From contig NW_020843644.1 in assembly GCF_003704095.1 (NCBI RefSeq), positions 434,001 through 498,000 of the forward strand: DNA of 64,000 nucleotides, read 5' to 3'. Below are positions 13,974-26,400 of the stretch, in pieces. Under the pieces are notes generated by a model. That model searched no databases, had not been told where the DNA came from, and worked only from the letters and a program-made list of their open reading frames with translations. Position numbers and translations under genes: made by a program. The stretch comes from Pocillopora damicornis (taxonomy: Eukaryota). The first letter of the stretch is position 1. Every line of letters starts with the position of its first letter.

Positions 13974-15110
13974 ATGAAAGAAATGGAGGGCACGTTTAGC
14001 AACGAAACAAACCACACATCTTCAATGAATGGAAGTACCGCGCCATTGCCACCAACGTTTCCAGAATACCTTCACCAGCCACTGTGGGCCCATGTGTTCC
14101 AAATCACCCTGTGGTCAACTGTGGTATTTCTGGGAGTTATTGGCAACCTCTTGGTGTGCACTGTAATACTCAGACGACCCAGGATGAAGACGACGATGAA
14201 TTATTACTTGCTAAGCTTGGCCGTTGCAGACTTAGGAGTCTTAATATTAATCTATCCTGTGGCTGTGCTAAAATACTTAAGACCATTTCGATGGGTGCTA
14301 GGAAAGCCGGCATGTTTATTTATGGTTCCTACACAGGAGATCTTCTTTGGATCCTCCATCTGGTCCATAACAGCAATTGCCATCGAGAGATACCGAAATA
14401 TAATTGGCTCTAAGCGATACCAGCTAAATCGCGGGTCTCGAACAACAACCTGGTTGGTTATAATGGGCGTCTGGTTGGCATCATTTTTAGTCTCATGCGT
14501 TCCTCTTTACCCCGTTATTACCTACGAGCCCTCTATCCCATTATGCTATCCCGATTGGTCAGATAATTATGGAGGATATGCTGTTTTTGTGTCTTACTCG
14601 GTAGCTCTTATTGTGGTTTGGTATGCCCTTCCTCTCTCTGTTATCGCATTCACGTACATAAGAATCAAGAATCGTGTACATCGTAGTGCTGTGTTCCGAC
14701 AGTCGATGTCAATTGGCGATGAAAAGGAAGAAACTCTCTCGTTCCAGGCTCCAACAAACCACGATAGATCTCGTCAAAGAATATGGCGACAGAGCAACAA
14801 AGCAAGACAGATTCTTACCCCACTTGTTGTATTATTTGCCGTGACAATGTTCCCGCTGACCGCCTTTCGACTCCTAATACTCATCAAGCCCAAGGTTTGG
14901 ACCAGCCCCTACTATAACCTGTTAATGGGCCAAGTAACATTATTCGTTATGGTCAACTCCTCAGCTAATCCACTTGTGTATTACATCACAAGTAAAGAGT
15001 TCAAAGATGCACTCAAGGAATTGTTTAAAAAAAGGCTTTCCCAGTCATGGAGACAGTGCAGTGACAAAGGAGGTAAAGCATCATCTATCTCGAGAACGAC
15101 AGGCGTTTAA
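13974..15110 (+). CDS. Class A GPCR, neuropeptide-receptor-like, single coding exon (about 378 aa)
   Basis: N-terminal N-glycosylation sites (NET, NHT, NGS), GNLLV in TM1, LAVAD in TM2, ERY in TM3, W in TM4, NPLVY in TM7. A tttgcag acceptor ends at 13961, so the ATG at 13974 (or 13983) is preferred over the TTG at 13947. Confidence 0.93.
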   Translation: MKEMEGTFSNETNHTSSMNGSTAPLPPTFPEYLHQPLWAHVFQITLWSTVVFLGVIGNLLVCTVILRRPRMKTTMNYYLLSLAVADLGVLILIYPVAVLKYLRPFRWVLGKPACLFMVPTQEIFFGSSIWSITAIAIERYRNIIGSKRYQLNRGSRTTTWLVIMGVWLASFLVSCVPLYPVITYEPSIPLCYPDWSDNYGGYAVFVSYSVALIVVWYALPLSVIAFTYIRIKNRVHRSAVFRQSMSIGDEKEETLSFQAPTNHDRSRQRIWRQSNKARQILTPLVVLFAVTMFPLTAFRLLILIKPKVWTSPYYNLLMGQVTLFVMVNSSANPLVYYITSKEFKDALKELFKKRLSQSWRQCSDKGGKASSISRTTGV

Positions 15111-15198
15111 GGACAAAATCAAGAAGCAGCAGCAGATAAAACACGATGGTAACGACACACATTGCCAAAAGTTACGCTGCCTGCAGCTTGCTAGGAGC

Positions 15199-15331
15199 CT
15201 GGCTCGGGTTGTTCGAGATAACGCTATCCACTTGATAAATCTCTTTCCGTTGGATAGCGAAATACCTTTTGTACTCTGGAGAGCGTTTTATCCGGTGGAT
15301 AGCGTTATGCGTGCTTTGAACAACTGGGCCC
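15199..15331. mobile_element. Palindromic MITE in the GPCR 3' region
   Basis: Ends ggctcgggttgttcga / ttgaacaactgggcc; internal inverted repeat ataacgctatccac / gtggatagcgttat. Confidence 0.6.
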
Positions 15332-16769
15332 TGAAGAAAATACTATATTTCGATTCAAGTGGATGGATAAATTTTTTATGAAGATGGAACAGCCAATGGA
15401 TCGGCCATTTTAGACCGGGGAAGTGGATCTCTGATGTACACCTGCTTATGTTAACAGTCTTGGAAAAACCGTCCATATTTAATTCAAGTAGTAGGATTAA
15501 GTTGTCATTTCAAGAAACTGGAGTAGCAATAGTATCGAAGTGGCCATTCAAAACAGGTGTAAAAAGTTGAGGTGTGGACAAAACAACTTATTTATCAACT
15601 CTTTCACTCCAGGAAAGTGGCTATCAATGTATGCCTGTAGATGCAGAAAAACACTTCATTTACATTCAAGCTGTTTGATAAAGTTCTCACGAGGATAAAG
15701 TAACTTCTTGTGGGAAGGGCCAATCTGAGTGCACGGTGGTTATCTTTGATAACAACCGTCTGCCAAGGCCTTGGAAAAAACTATATCGTGCAATTTAACT
15801 AAGTGGATTAGAGTGGCATGAGGATAACTGAGCCAACTTATTTAGCTACGATAGTGTGGCGTGCAGCGAGTGCTAGGAAGCTGCAACTGTACGAAGAATC
15901 TAACCACTCTATTTAAGTAACCGATCAATCATTTGTTACAGGCAAAGAAAGTTAAAAGCGCAGTGCAGTACTAGCTGTAGTCAATACCGAAAAAAAAGTT
16001 GAAAACGTTGGAATTAAGAGCAAAAACATTGACGTTTTCAGACGTATTTGTTTAGTTCATGAATAATATACTTTCAACATCCCTTTAGAAATACCTTTTG
16101 AAAACAACATGCATCAAACCATGCAAACCAGCAGTTCAATTTAAGAGCTGCGACGATCTGAACCTTAGCAATCACTCTAAAAGATGAATCATTGTGCATT
16201 CTACAATACGCGACTTTGCTAATACTGGGGTCAGAATGAACGCTGGGATTGGCCTACCCGGCACCAGTTCCTTCAAGGGGTATGTTGTTTCGCGCAGCCT
16301 CGATACTTTTTCATAAAAATGATAAACGTGATTTATCTTTCCAATCGGCACTCTTAATCCCCACGGTATCAACGAGCGCTTTCCATTCAACTAATTTATT
16401 CTTGTTTTCTCGTCATCACGTTCCGACTGACTTTTAATTCAAAAAGGATGTTTTATTCTCCGCTTCAAAGAGATAGGTGCGATTAATTTTTGCTCAAGTT
16501 GGTTGACGGGGAAAAAGAAAAACCTTGTTTAAAAACAAAAAACAAGCTCGCCAACCAAGTTATAGTCTTCTCATTTATAAGCCGAGTATCTTAAACACAA
16601 ACTCGGCTCAGCACAACCTTCTCTAAAATGATACATTAAAGCATGCAAATACATATGAGACTCACGAAGCATAGATAACTTCAGATTTAAGATAAACAGG
16701 AGTCGTTTCTTTCTTAAGAATTAAAGGTGCCACAGGTCACTTCTTATGCTAATTACTGTGGTTATCGTA

Positions 16770-19700
16770 TCACTCTTCTTTGATTCCTAAGGCTCTCAGC
16801 CGTTCAATCAAAGGCGGATGTGAGAAATGGTACGCCGAGTATAATTTATCTGCCACAGGGAACCCAAGGTTGTCTTTGTGAAGCTTTATCAGGGCTGAAC
16901 GTAAAAATGTGGAAAACCCAAGATTCTTTGCGAAGGCGTCGGCTTGAAATTCAAACTTTCGGCTTAGGACGGTCATCAGAAAACCTAGTAACTAAAATAA
17001 ATAAAGGAAATGAAAGTGACGTTACTTTTTCGATATCGGGGCCGCAATTGATCGCAAATTAGTCATACGCTACAGTAAAAATTTCTCATGATCTACGACT
17101 TTTTTAATTTGTCCAAAAAAAGTTTCAAATAACTTCGAAGCCTGTAAAGCAGGCGTAATTTTGGCGATTGCTCGATATTTTTTTAGGCGAAATTATGTTG
17201 CCATCTTTGATTTTAATGGCAGCGGGAGGCTGTGGAGAGAAAGAAATTTGTACATTGGCCGGTTGCATAAACGATCGCGAGCTTCTGAACGTTAAATCGC
17301 CCTTATAAGACGCCTGCACTGCAGGCTACTACCTTCGTAACTACCGTAGGCAGTAAAAATTCTGCTTTTTTTACAAACCGGCTCAGGACTCTATCCATAA
17401 AATATTTTTATTGAAAAAATCTTCTATTTGGGAGATTAAATTTTGCTATTTAAAAAAGAAGAAAGAAGAAATTAACTGGCAATTGCATATCGTGTCGTGC
17501 AATTTTGTCCCTAAATCATACTTGTGATTCCAATCGAACTCGCGCGGCGTGCTCGATCTATTTTTAATTTACACGGAAGATCTAAGACCAATTGCACTCT
17601 ACCCAGTTCAGTTGCCATTATCCATAATAACTGGTAATACATACCTCATTGTAAGGTGAAAATATAAACTGAAATATGATCACCAGACCAATCAATGTGG
17701 GCTGTGAGTCGGGGAAACCAAAGCTTGCAAACAATGCCCTGTTATGCATCAGAAAACCGAACATCATGAACGAAAAAAATGTGTTCACCTACAAGGACAG
17801 AAAAACAGGTTCATTACAACATAGTCAAAAAGCCTTCCCTCTGAGAGTATCTGTGCAAAGGAATTACTTAAAACAACTTGGCAAAACGCTGCCCAGACAT
17901 GTTCCCTCATGCATGCAAATGACCTGTAATGGTTTACATGTTGGAATTTACCTGTGAGATTCCAAGGTTTTTAAGGGTGTGACTAAGTTTCCAGTGGCCC
18001 AGTTCATGCCCTAGAACTGCCAGTATCTCATCATTTGAGCAACCTTTGCCCTTCTTCACTTCATCATCTTCTGTTGCATCCTGCAATGGTGGACAGCAAT
18101 CAGTCGGAAAAAAAAGAAAAAATAACAAAGGTCTTCAGAAGTATAACTCATTGAAATATTTAATCATAAAAAGGCTAATCCTTTACACCCTACCATCAGT
18201 TTGAATATTCTCCATACTCTTTTTTTATACATTTCCTAAGGTGCTGACAAGGAGAATTTGTTTAATAATCAAGAGCTCTTTAGTTGGTGATCATTTCCTT
18301 TATTCTTGTGACCTTCCTGTGTGATTCAACCCTTCAATTCCCAAGACCTGATGGTAAATTCTCTTCCAAACCAAGTAACGCTAACACAAATATTATTATT
18401 AGAACCTCCTTCTGCATATTATTTGTTAAAGGACTGAACTACAATCAAAGTTGCTTAAGCTTCCAGCAAGGAAGCTTAATTAAGATAGGTTTTAGTGATT
18501 GGAGTCCAACTGCAAACCTTTCCTTTACTATTGACTTCCAAACCAAATAAGAATAGTAAAAAAAATAATGACTAGCACCTTCTGCTCATTATTTGTTAAA
18601 GGGCTGAACTAAGATCAAACTTACTAAAATTTCCTGTTCGGAAGTTAAATTAAGAGAGGGTTTTAGTGATTGGAGTTCAACTGCAAACCCTTTCCTTAAC
18701 CAAACAAACTATTGACTTTCAAACCAAATAATAATTACACAAAAATAATGACTGGCACCTCCTTCTGCACATTATTTTCCACAGGTTCATCCACTGCCTC
18801 CTTATCTTGCTCCTTGTTATCATCATTTTCCTTTCCACCTTCTTCACTATCCTTCTCTTCCTTTATAGGATTTTCAGCCAGTAAAGTGTCAAAAAGAACA
18901 ATCCTCTTGTTCTTGAAGAATCCATAAAAATATGCATTGCTATGAGAGGATCTCTTGGATCCATCCACAATATAAATTTTGGTTAATGGAAAAGATATCC
19001 TGGCTGCTAACTGCTCAATTGCAGAGCGCAGAGTTCCTTCTGGAAGAAGAGTGAACTTGTCAAATAAAGGGGCTATGTAGTCCATGTATACTGTCACTAA
19101 AGCCTGAAACAGAACAACAGAATTTGTCAAATAGCCTTTTCAATCCCAGTACTGATAAAAACAAAATTTCTTCTTACAGTTATTAGACATTTTAAAGCAA
19201 ATAGGAACAGAGAAGAAAGAAAACATCAAATAAAGTTTATGTGCAATTCAAAACCAATTTCTTGGAGCTGAAGTCATCAGAAACAGGTGGCTGACCAGGT
19301 GTAGAATTGGATCACTCATAGCTTAGAAGTCAGGGATTTGATCAGGAGAAGGGATACTGGACACTATTTATAGCTTCAGAAGCATTCATCCCATTGCACT
19401 GCTAGGTTCCTTGTCAAATAATATTTAGATGCTCTAGGAAGCTAAGGTAACCTTAAACCACTTAAAAAGTCTCCAAAGAAGGTTAATAATGCCATTCAAT
19501 AACAAGAAATATAAATTTATGCTTGAGAACAAAAACAGCTGTTTTTAGAGCCACAAAAGTTGCAAAAGCAATGATCAATTTCTATTCTAGTTTATTTTCA
19601 TTATGTTCTTATTAGTTTGCTACACAGGCATGTAAATTTTCAATGAATAGCGTCAATTAATGCAAATTTTTGCACAGGTTTTCCAGCATACAAGCTGCAC

Positions 19701-22700
19701 CACTGATTGGTTAAGCATTCAACACCAACGAGTGACCAAGACAGAATTTTTCTCCTAACAATATTCAGTGGACACTTGACAAGAATTAAGAAAAATATCA
19801 ATTAGAGGATTATAAGATGATCCAATACCAAATTCTCCAAACTAACATCAAGAGAATTGTATGGAAGATGGTAAAGAGAATTACTAATGAGATCTTGGGA
19901 GTGAAAGGGTTAAAAAGGGTTGGGAAAAAAAATACTGCTTAAACACCACTTTTTATAATACTTAATAAATTGATGATCAGGAGTAAGGAGTTATCTACAT
20001 ACCAGGGTAACTATAAGTGTAAATATCCAAGTATAGATGAAGAAGTACTCTCCACCCCACTTGATGATGTAAAGCAATGCAGCAAGTAAAGGAAGTGATA
20101 TCACCAGCATGACAGCCAGCTTCTTCACAGTATCCTTAAAGAAGAAGCCAAGAGTCTGTGGAGGAAGTTGCACAAAACAACTATTATTTCAACATCTTCA
20201 TCAAATAGACATGTACAATAAGCTTAAGCATAATAACATTTTTGAAAATAAAATTAGCAATATTCAGTATGGCTTTCAGAACTTTTCTTGTAGCAACTAA
20301 ACATCCACGGAAACTTATATACCATATGACAATATGTGTAATCAATACACTATTACACAGTTATACATATTATCACACTGGCAATAAAGTGTGCATTTCA
20401 CCAAGCTGACCTGATCAATATTTTTGGGAATAAAAGAAAAATATAATGGCTGGTAGCTCAGAGATCATATAAATTAAATCAGTTTTAGAAAGAGTCTAGC
20501 CACAAGGACAGAATTTAAGTGTAACTGAATGCAAATTTTTATGCAGCTGAATGCAATTGAAAGTATAGCTACATATGTGCAAAGTCATAAGTCTTAGTAA
20601 TGACTCTACACGATATCCTTGAAACCCTGACTGTTCTCATGCAACACTTTGCAACATTCTTTAACAAACCTGCTTGTTGAAGCCGTGTTTCTCTTCAATA
20701 ACAAATGTACTATACAGGCTCCAAGGAAGATCTGTGATGGTACTGAAAAGCATCCCGATCAAAAGAAATGCCAATGACTGAGTGATCTGTCCCAAAGAAA
20801 AGACATTAACTATCAAATAACATTAATTTTGCATCAGTTTTTGTCAAAGACTGAATCCAAATGGAAGGAAAATTGTATAGCTAAGAGTTGATCTTCATCT
20901 TGATTTGCCCAAAAGGGCTATAGAGCTCACAAGCCAGAGAGTCCATGCTGCCAAAGCATATCCTGGTTTCAGTAGCATGCTCCAATACCCTACAGTGAGT
21001 GGGCTAAGGCTAAGGCTCAAACCTTAGGATCCTGACTGAAGCACCCTTCACATTGTTCACCACATCTGTCCCCCTCCCTTCCAATGATTATAATTATACT
21101 AAATAATAATTTGATGATTCATAACCAAATGATTGTAATTACACTCAATGATAATTTGACAATTCATCACTAAATGATCAATTATACAGATGTATGTGCT
21201 GTAAAGCCAGAGGAATCTAGTCACTATAATGCAGATTACATTTTCTACAAGGATAGCTAATTATATATATATTTTTCATCACCTTTATGACTTAACACAC
21301 CTCGTAATCAGTTGAATAACCAAATTTGGAAATCAACAGTCCAGAAATTCTCCACAAAAAAGGTATTCCACCAAGCAGTAGGATAAGCTGAAAGGATACA
21401 ATGAGTAAACAAATAAATAGATGAAAATTAACATGTATCACATTAAAGCAAGGAACTAAATATATACATTTTCAAATGACAATGTGTCCATTTTGTAAAT
21501 GGCAATAACTAGGAATTTGGCACAAAATGCTCTCCTCTTTAAGCAATCTTAGTAGATTTGGTTTGACAGGAATAACTACATGTAACTGGACTAGTTGAAA
21601 TATTCACTGAGATTTCCATCTTTAAGTGGAAAGTACATGTATGTTTGTCCTCTTTACAGCAATATTAGTAACCCGAGAAAATTTTTCACGCCTGTCTCAA
21701 AATTCCACAACATGATCTAAAACGACTGTCTACAAAGTTTAAACCCACAGTTCTCCATCTGAGCAAAAGACAGCCACCAAATCAAAAGTTAATTTTGAGC
21801 ACTCGTGAAATAAATATAGGCCCCCATTGTGGCATCTGGCTTTCTTTTTGTTCATTGCATAAAACTTTAGAATCAATGAACAGGTGAATTGAATAAATTC
21901 CTGATCAACTTTTGATGCAACATCAACTTCTACCTTTGTTTCAAAAGGAGAGAGAAGACAATTTAAGAGGAGAATCCAGCTGCTCATCACAACTTCCTTA
22001 AAGCTTTCTTCCATGCAACTCCTCAACTTAAATTAATATGATTGTAAACTCCATTGATGAATATATCTAACCGTTGTTTCTACTTGAGAATATGCTCCAG
22101 ATACAAAACCAAATGAAGAGCGATCCAGCTGATAAACCCGTGCTTTCTCAAATGACTCGTGATCCAATGTGTCTTTCAGCTCATCAGGAACATCCTTAGT
22201 GTACTTTAGAACTTTATGCTGAAAAAAAAAGAGGAAAAATGATCATTAGTTGCATAATAGTTGAAAATAATTTTCCAGTTATCTTCATTGCCCCTTAAAA
22301 AGAAACAAAAAGCTTCATCATCCATTTAGGCCAACTGATCTAACAATTATAATTTTCTTTCTCTGTTCTAAATACAGATCAACTCTAGGGACTCTTCAGG
22401 AGTCTCAAGAGAACAGAGTGAACCACTGGTTACAGTTTACTTAATTTCCTGCTCAAAAGTAAGTTTGGAAATTTTGGAAAGAGGGGAAATCAAGATGATT
22501 TTATCTTCTGCCAAAAATGTTGGATTTTCTTCTCGAAGATGGTTGTATCGCATGAGTATTTTTTTCATATTTTGAATTATTCATGTCTGTTTTAGTGAGT
22601 TTCACTTTTTACACAGAAACAGGGATAGAGGGGGATGTAATCTCTAGATATCCAATGGCTTGCATTCTGTGTTCTTTAAATATTTCAGTGCGATACTTTT

Positions 22701-23207
22701 GAGAGTATGAATGATATAGCCGACAACGAAGTTCTTAAAAGATACTTTTGGAATTTTTCAATACAATTGCATGTGGAAATTTACTGATTATATTGTCTTG
22801 ATAAGTGAAAATTGGTTTTAACTGAAAGTGAAATCGTTTAATGACATATTTCAGTTTTCGAAAGCTATTGCTTTCCAAATTTTACTGGATATAATGCAAA
22901 TTTGACGAAATAAATGCACTGGGGTCAGGAAAATTTTTAAATAAGGCGCTCATACAAATCTGCGGAACTAAAGCACATTGCCAAAACGAAATAGGGTACG
23001 GTTATGAAATTTAAAGTATGTACAACTCTCTTCAAGTACTTCTCTCTGGAAGTACGTCCAAAGATAACCTTGTCAAATAATACCTTAGCTAAAAAGATAA
23101 TTACTTTCTATGTTTATCTAATGCCTTACCTGACGGTATGAGAGATAGTTTTCCCATAAATAAGTAAGCCACAAAAATCCGACCACAGCTAGAAGTACGT
23201 CCACCAT
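16770..23207 (-). CDS. ZMPSTE24: CAAX prenyl protease 1 (peptidase M48), about 473 aa, 9 exons
   Basis: Exons 23207-23130, 22218-22072, 21387-21301, 20786-20670, 20155-20003, 19103-18759, 18080-17952, 17788-17645, 16991-16770; all phase 0, GT-AG, 1422 nt total. Motifs [20 protein letters not shown] zinc site, [17 protein letters not shown]. Confidence 0.96.
17476..17620. mobile_element. Palindromic non-autonomous element in the last ZMPSTE24 intron
   Basis: Ends tggcaattg / cagttgcca with an imperfect long hairpin centred on ctcgcgcggcgtgctcg. Confidence 0.5.
18385..18778 (-). repeat. About 175-bp degenerate tandem duplication (2.2 units) that includes the exon 6 end and splice donor of ZMPSTE24
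   Basis: Repeated ccttctgc.catt/attt, tttgttaaagg.ctgaacta, ttttagtgattggagt.caactgcaaacc and actattgactt.caaaccaaataa. Confidence 0.85.
19711..19913. mobile_element. piggyBac-like MITE (TTAA-flanked, about 200 bp)
   Basis: Right end gggagtgaaagggTTAA; body shared with the partial copy at 5351-5540. Confidence 0.65.
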
Positions 23208-23498
23208 TTTGGAAAAGAAAGCTAGCGCCGCGATTATAGGAAACAGTGTTTTACCATAAGAAATAATGCGTGGCTGCGCAGTTTTATCCCAGACTCCCTC
23301 AGCTGATCAGTGGTCAAATATCAAATTGTTGTTGTTTTGATTAGTGATCATTGGCGACGATTCGAAATGATCGTCCCACCTGGATTAACTGTAACTATAA
23401 GGTTTCAGCTCTTGACGCGGTTTTTTGACATTCCAATGCGGTGTGTCAGCGCGTATTCTGTGTCAAAAGAAGAATTGTGGACTATTGTAGAGTAAAAT
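23208..23498. promoter_or_regulatory. Bidirectional promoter, ZMPSTE24 / kinesin-14
   Basis: Divergent ATGs only 291 bp apart; CpG-containing segment (gcgccgcg, tgcgca) flanked by CpG-poor introns. Confidence 0.7.
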
Positions 23499-26400
23499 AT
23501 GGGTAATGGAGCTCAATCAAGGCCTGGAAACCCCACGAATATACAGCCAGCTAATAATTTCATAAGATCACAACGAAGTTGTGATATGAACGGTTATGTC
23601 GCTAATGGTGGTGAGACGAATCACGGCATATTTCAACCCTACGATGGTGTTCAATCTCAGCATTTTGCATCACCTTTCATTAGAAATGAACCTTCATCTT
23701 ATCATTCCGGTCCATATGAATCAGCTGATCATTTCGATGACTACGAAGTAGACATGAGTATCGAGCGTGCGGTTGCTCCGCATTCCCGATCATGTTCCCA
23801 ATCGTATCGCGGGATGGACAGACCAGACGGGCCAGTTTATCGTTCAACTTCAAAAGGAGTTTATGAACAGTCAAAAATCGGGAATAGAAATCGATTAGCC
23901 GACCAGGCAGGAGGGATTTCAAATTCAACTTCTGATGACATTGTATTCGAGGTCTTTCATTGCCTAAAGACGGGAAAAGATTACAGTGTGATAAATTTGG
24001 AAGGTCAAAGGTATTTCGTCGACTCTTGGAATTCAGGTATATATCTTCGGGTAGCAACAGTGAGCATGTGTTTTCCTAAAGATGTTAGTAGTGAAAGTTA
24101 AGGGAATAGAGGGGAAGTGGGGCCAGAGGGGGTAGCCGTTGGGGTATGCTACAATGTTCATGAAGCTTACTTGCCCGGACTTGTTTTAGGATCACTAAAT
24201 CACTTTGCAGCCTAAAATGGAGATTATGTAATTTTTTTCAGTACTTGTTTCTAAATGATTTCCAAAGTAATAATAATAGTACACATGTTCTTGGGCATAA
24301 ATGTCTTTTGGGCTCTTCTCAGGGCTCATTTTAACTTTTAAATTACTCTGAGTGGGGCTCAAAACATATGTGTGCACATAAGCATACCGGTAGTTTGTCT
24401 TGTTTGTTTTATTATATCTCTAAGACCCACGAGAATGTGGAAAATCTGATAGGATTATAGCGGAACACAATATTCTCCTTTAAGTATTGTCTGAGAAAAT
24501 GATTTTGAAATTACTTAGGGTCTGTATAGGTAGGCAAGTGGCCAAGTTTCTAAGAAGATCACTCACCTGACCAAACAAATATCAACATATTTATGCAAAG
24601 TGACATTTTATTAAGATGAACATCATCAGTATATTCATTGACCCATTGACTTTCTATGTGACACATCAGGAAATATGAACCAATTAAGAAAGTTATCAAT
24701 TAATCCTGTTATTTGTGGGGATACTCACTATAAAGGAGGATTGGAATGATCTACTGTGCTCTGTTCTGCTCTTCATTGTAGCTAAAAGGAGTATCATTTC
24801 CTGTGGAAGGGGTACCTTTTGTTCAAATGTGTTGCATTCAGGGTAGAGCATCCTCATTGAAAAATTTTGTTGAGGCCTTTCTTGGCATATGATCTATCAC
24901 ATTCATCCAGGGTTGGTATAAACCAGGTATTGTGTGGATAAGGGGAGCCTCCAGGCAATAAACAGACCACTAGTTTTGTTAACCCTTTAATTCCCAAGAT
25001 CTGATTGTTAATTCTCCCCTGTAGCTGCTACACATTTCCTTGTAAATTAGTTATGAGAACTTGGTGCTAGATCAAGATAGTAGCTTTTACCTGATAAGTT
25101 TGAATATTCTCATTACCTGTTTGCTGAAGAATGTATGGATATTGTAAGGAGAAGTTTTGTGTTAATCACTTCTGGGAGTTAAAGGGTTAATAATATGTAT
25201 TCTGCTATTGCTTCTTACATATAGGTAATGAGTTGCAGCCATTTCCTGAGGAGTGGTACCAACACGGTTACATAGAGAGTGACCAAAGACTAGAAACAGG
25301 AGAGTATGGATATGATGACACAGCTCATGGTGCTGCTATGCAGTCACAAAGTGCTTGGGTACCAAGATGGAAAGATGATCGCATGGGGTTGATGGAACAT
25401 CCATCTAGAGGTGCAGTGCTCTTTATTGTGATTACATGTATTGTTATGGGGAAACTTTTTGTTGTAGTGTGATTGGCTAATTTTACATGCATTACTGTGC
25501 TTTTGAGGTATCAATGGTGTTTCAAGACGAGGGGTTGGGGGGGGGGGGGGTCCAGAATCTTTCCTCACACCTCATGCCTATCAAGCCTGTGGATCTAGTG
25601 GCCTGTTCATTTACGCTCATGGCTAGTGTGAATTTAAGAAAAGGGTTAAGGAGTCATCATAACTGTCAGTTCTCACTGGTAACTTATGACTTAACTGCAT
25701 TAATGTACAAATTTGTTCTGAATCTTATTCTAGGACTATTAACTACGTACTTTGAAGAAACTAAGTTGAATGTACTAAGTGTTTACGACGAACATTCTGG
25801 CACATGGTTGAAGATGCCTCTGTCATGGGAGATGTATGTACCAGATGTAAAATCGCGGCTGGTGACCATTCAGGAGACATTTCCATATTGGACCGATACC
25901 TCTGAGATACTTGCGTTGTTGAGACAGTGTAATTATGATCTTGATGAGGTCCTTAACACTTACATGACGCTGTTTGAGGACGCGAATCCCACTGAAGAGA
26001 AGACTCCTTTGAAGCTTGCAAATAGCTCTGCGATTAGTAAAGAGCAAGCAGTTGAGATGGAAGGCTTGACGAAAAGAATTGGACAGCTAGAGGAGCAACT
26101 CCGAGATAAAGATTCTCAGTTGCAAGAGTCCCAAAGGAAGAATTTGGACTTACAAGAAAAGCTTAGATCAGCAGAAGAACTAGCAAGAAAACTTCAGATC
26201 AAAGGGACAAGTTTACAACGGGAGATTCAGCAGCTTAAATCTGCGCAAACACAACCTCAACAACCAGTTGTGGCAACGGTTGCCGTGGCGACTCCTAAAG
26301 AGAAGAGGGTTTCTAAGGATACTTGTCTGAATATCAAGTCCTCAATTAAATTCTTTTCTGAGAAGTTAGCGGAATTGCGGAATTGTTTTTCAAGCGAAAT

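Noticed and set aside
21091-21190. Degenerate ~45-bp tandem duplication containing tgatga
   Set aside because: An AT-rich local duplication with no box D partner or other sign of function.
21739-22026. 95-aa ORF in ZMPSTE24 intron 2
   Set aside because: Non-ATG start, no recognisable homology, and not needed for the intact ZMPSTE24 frame.
25487-25733. N-terminal 82 aa of the 441-aa ORF as part of the kinesin
   Set aside because: Intronic read-through. The acceptor at 25733 splices in phase with exon 2.
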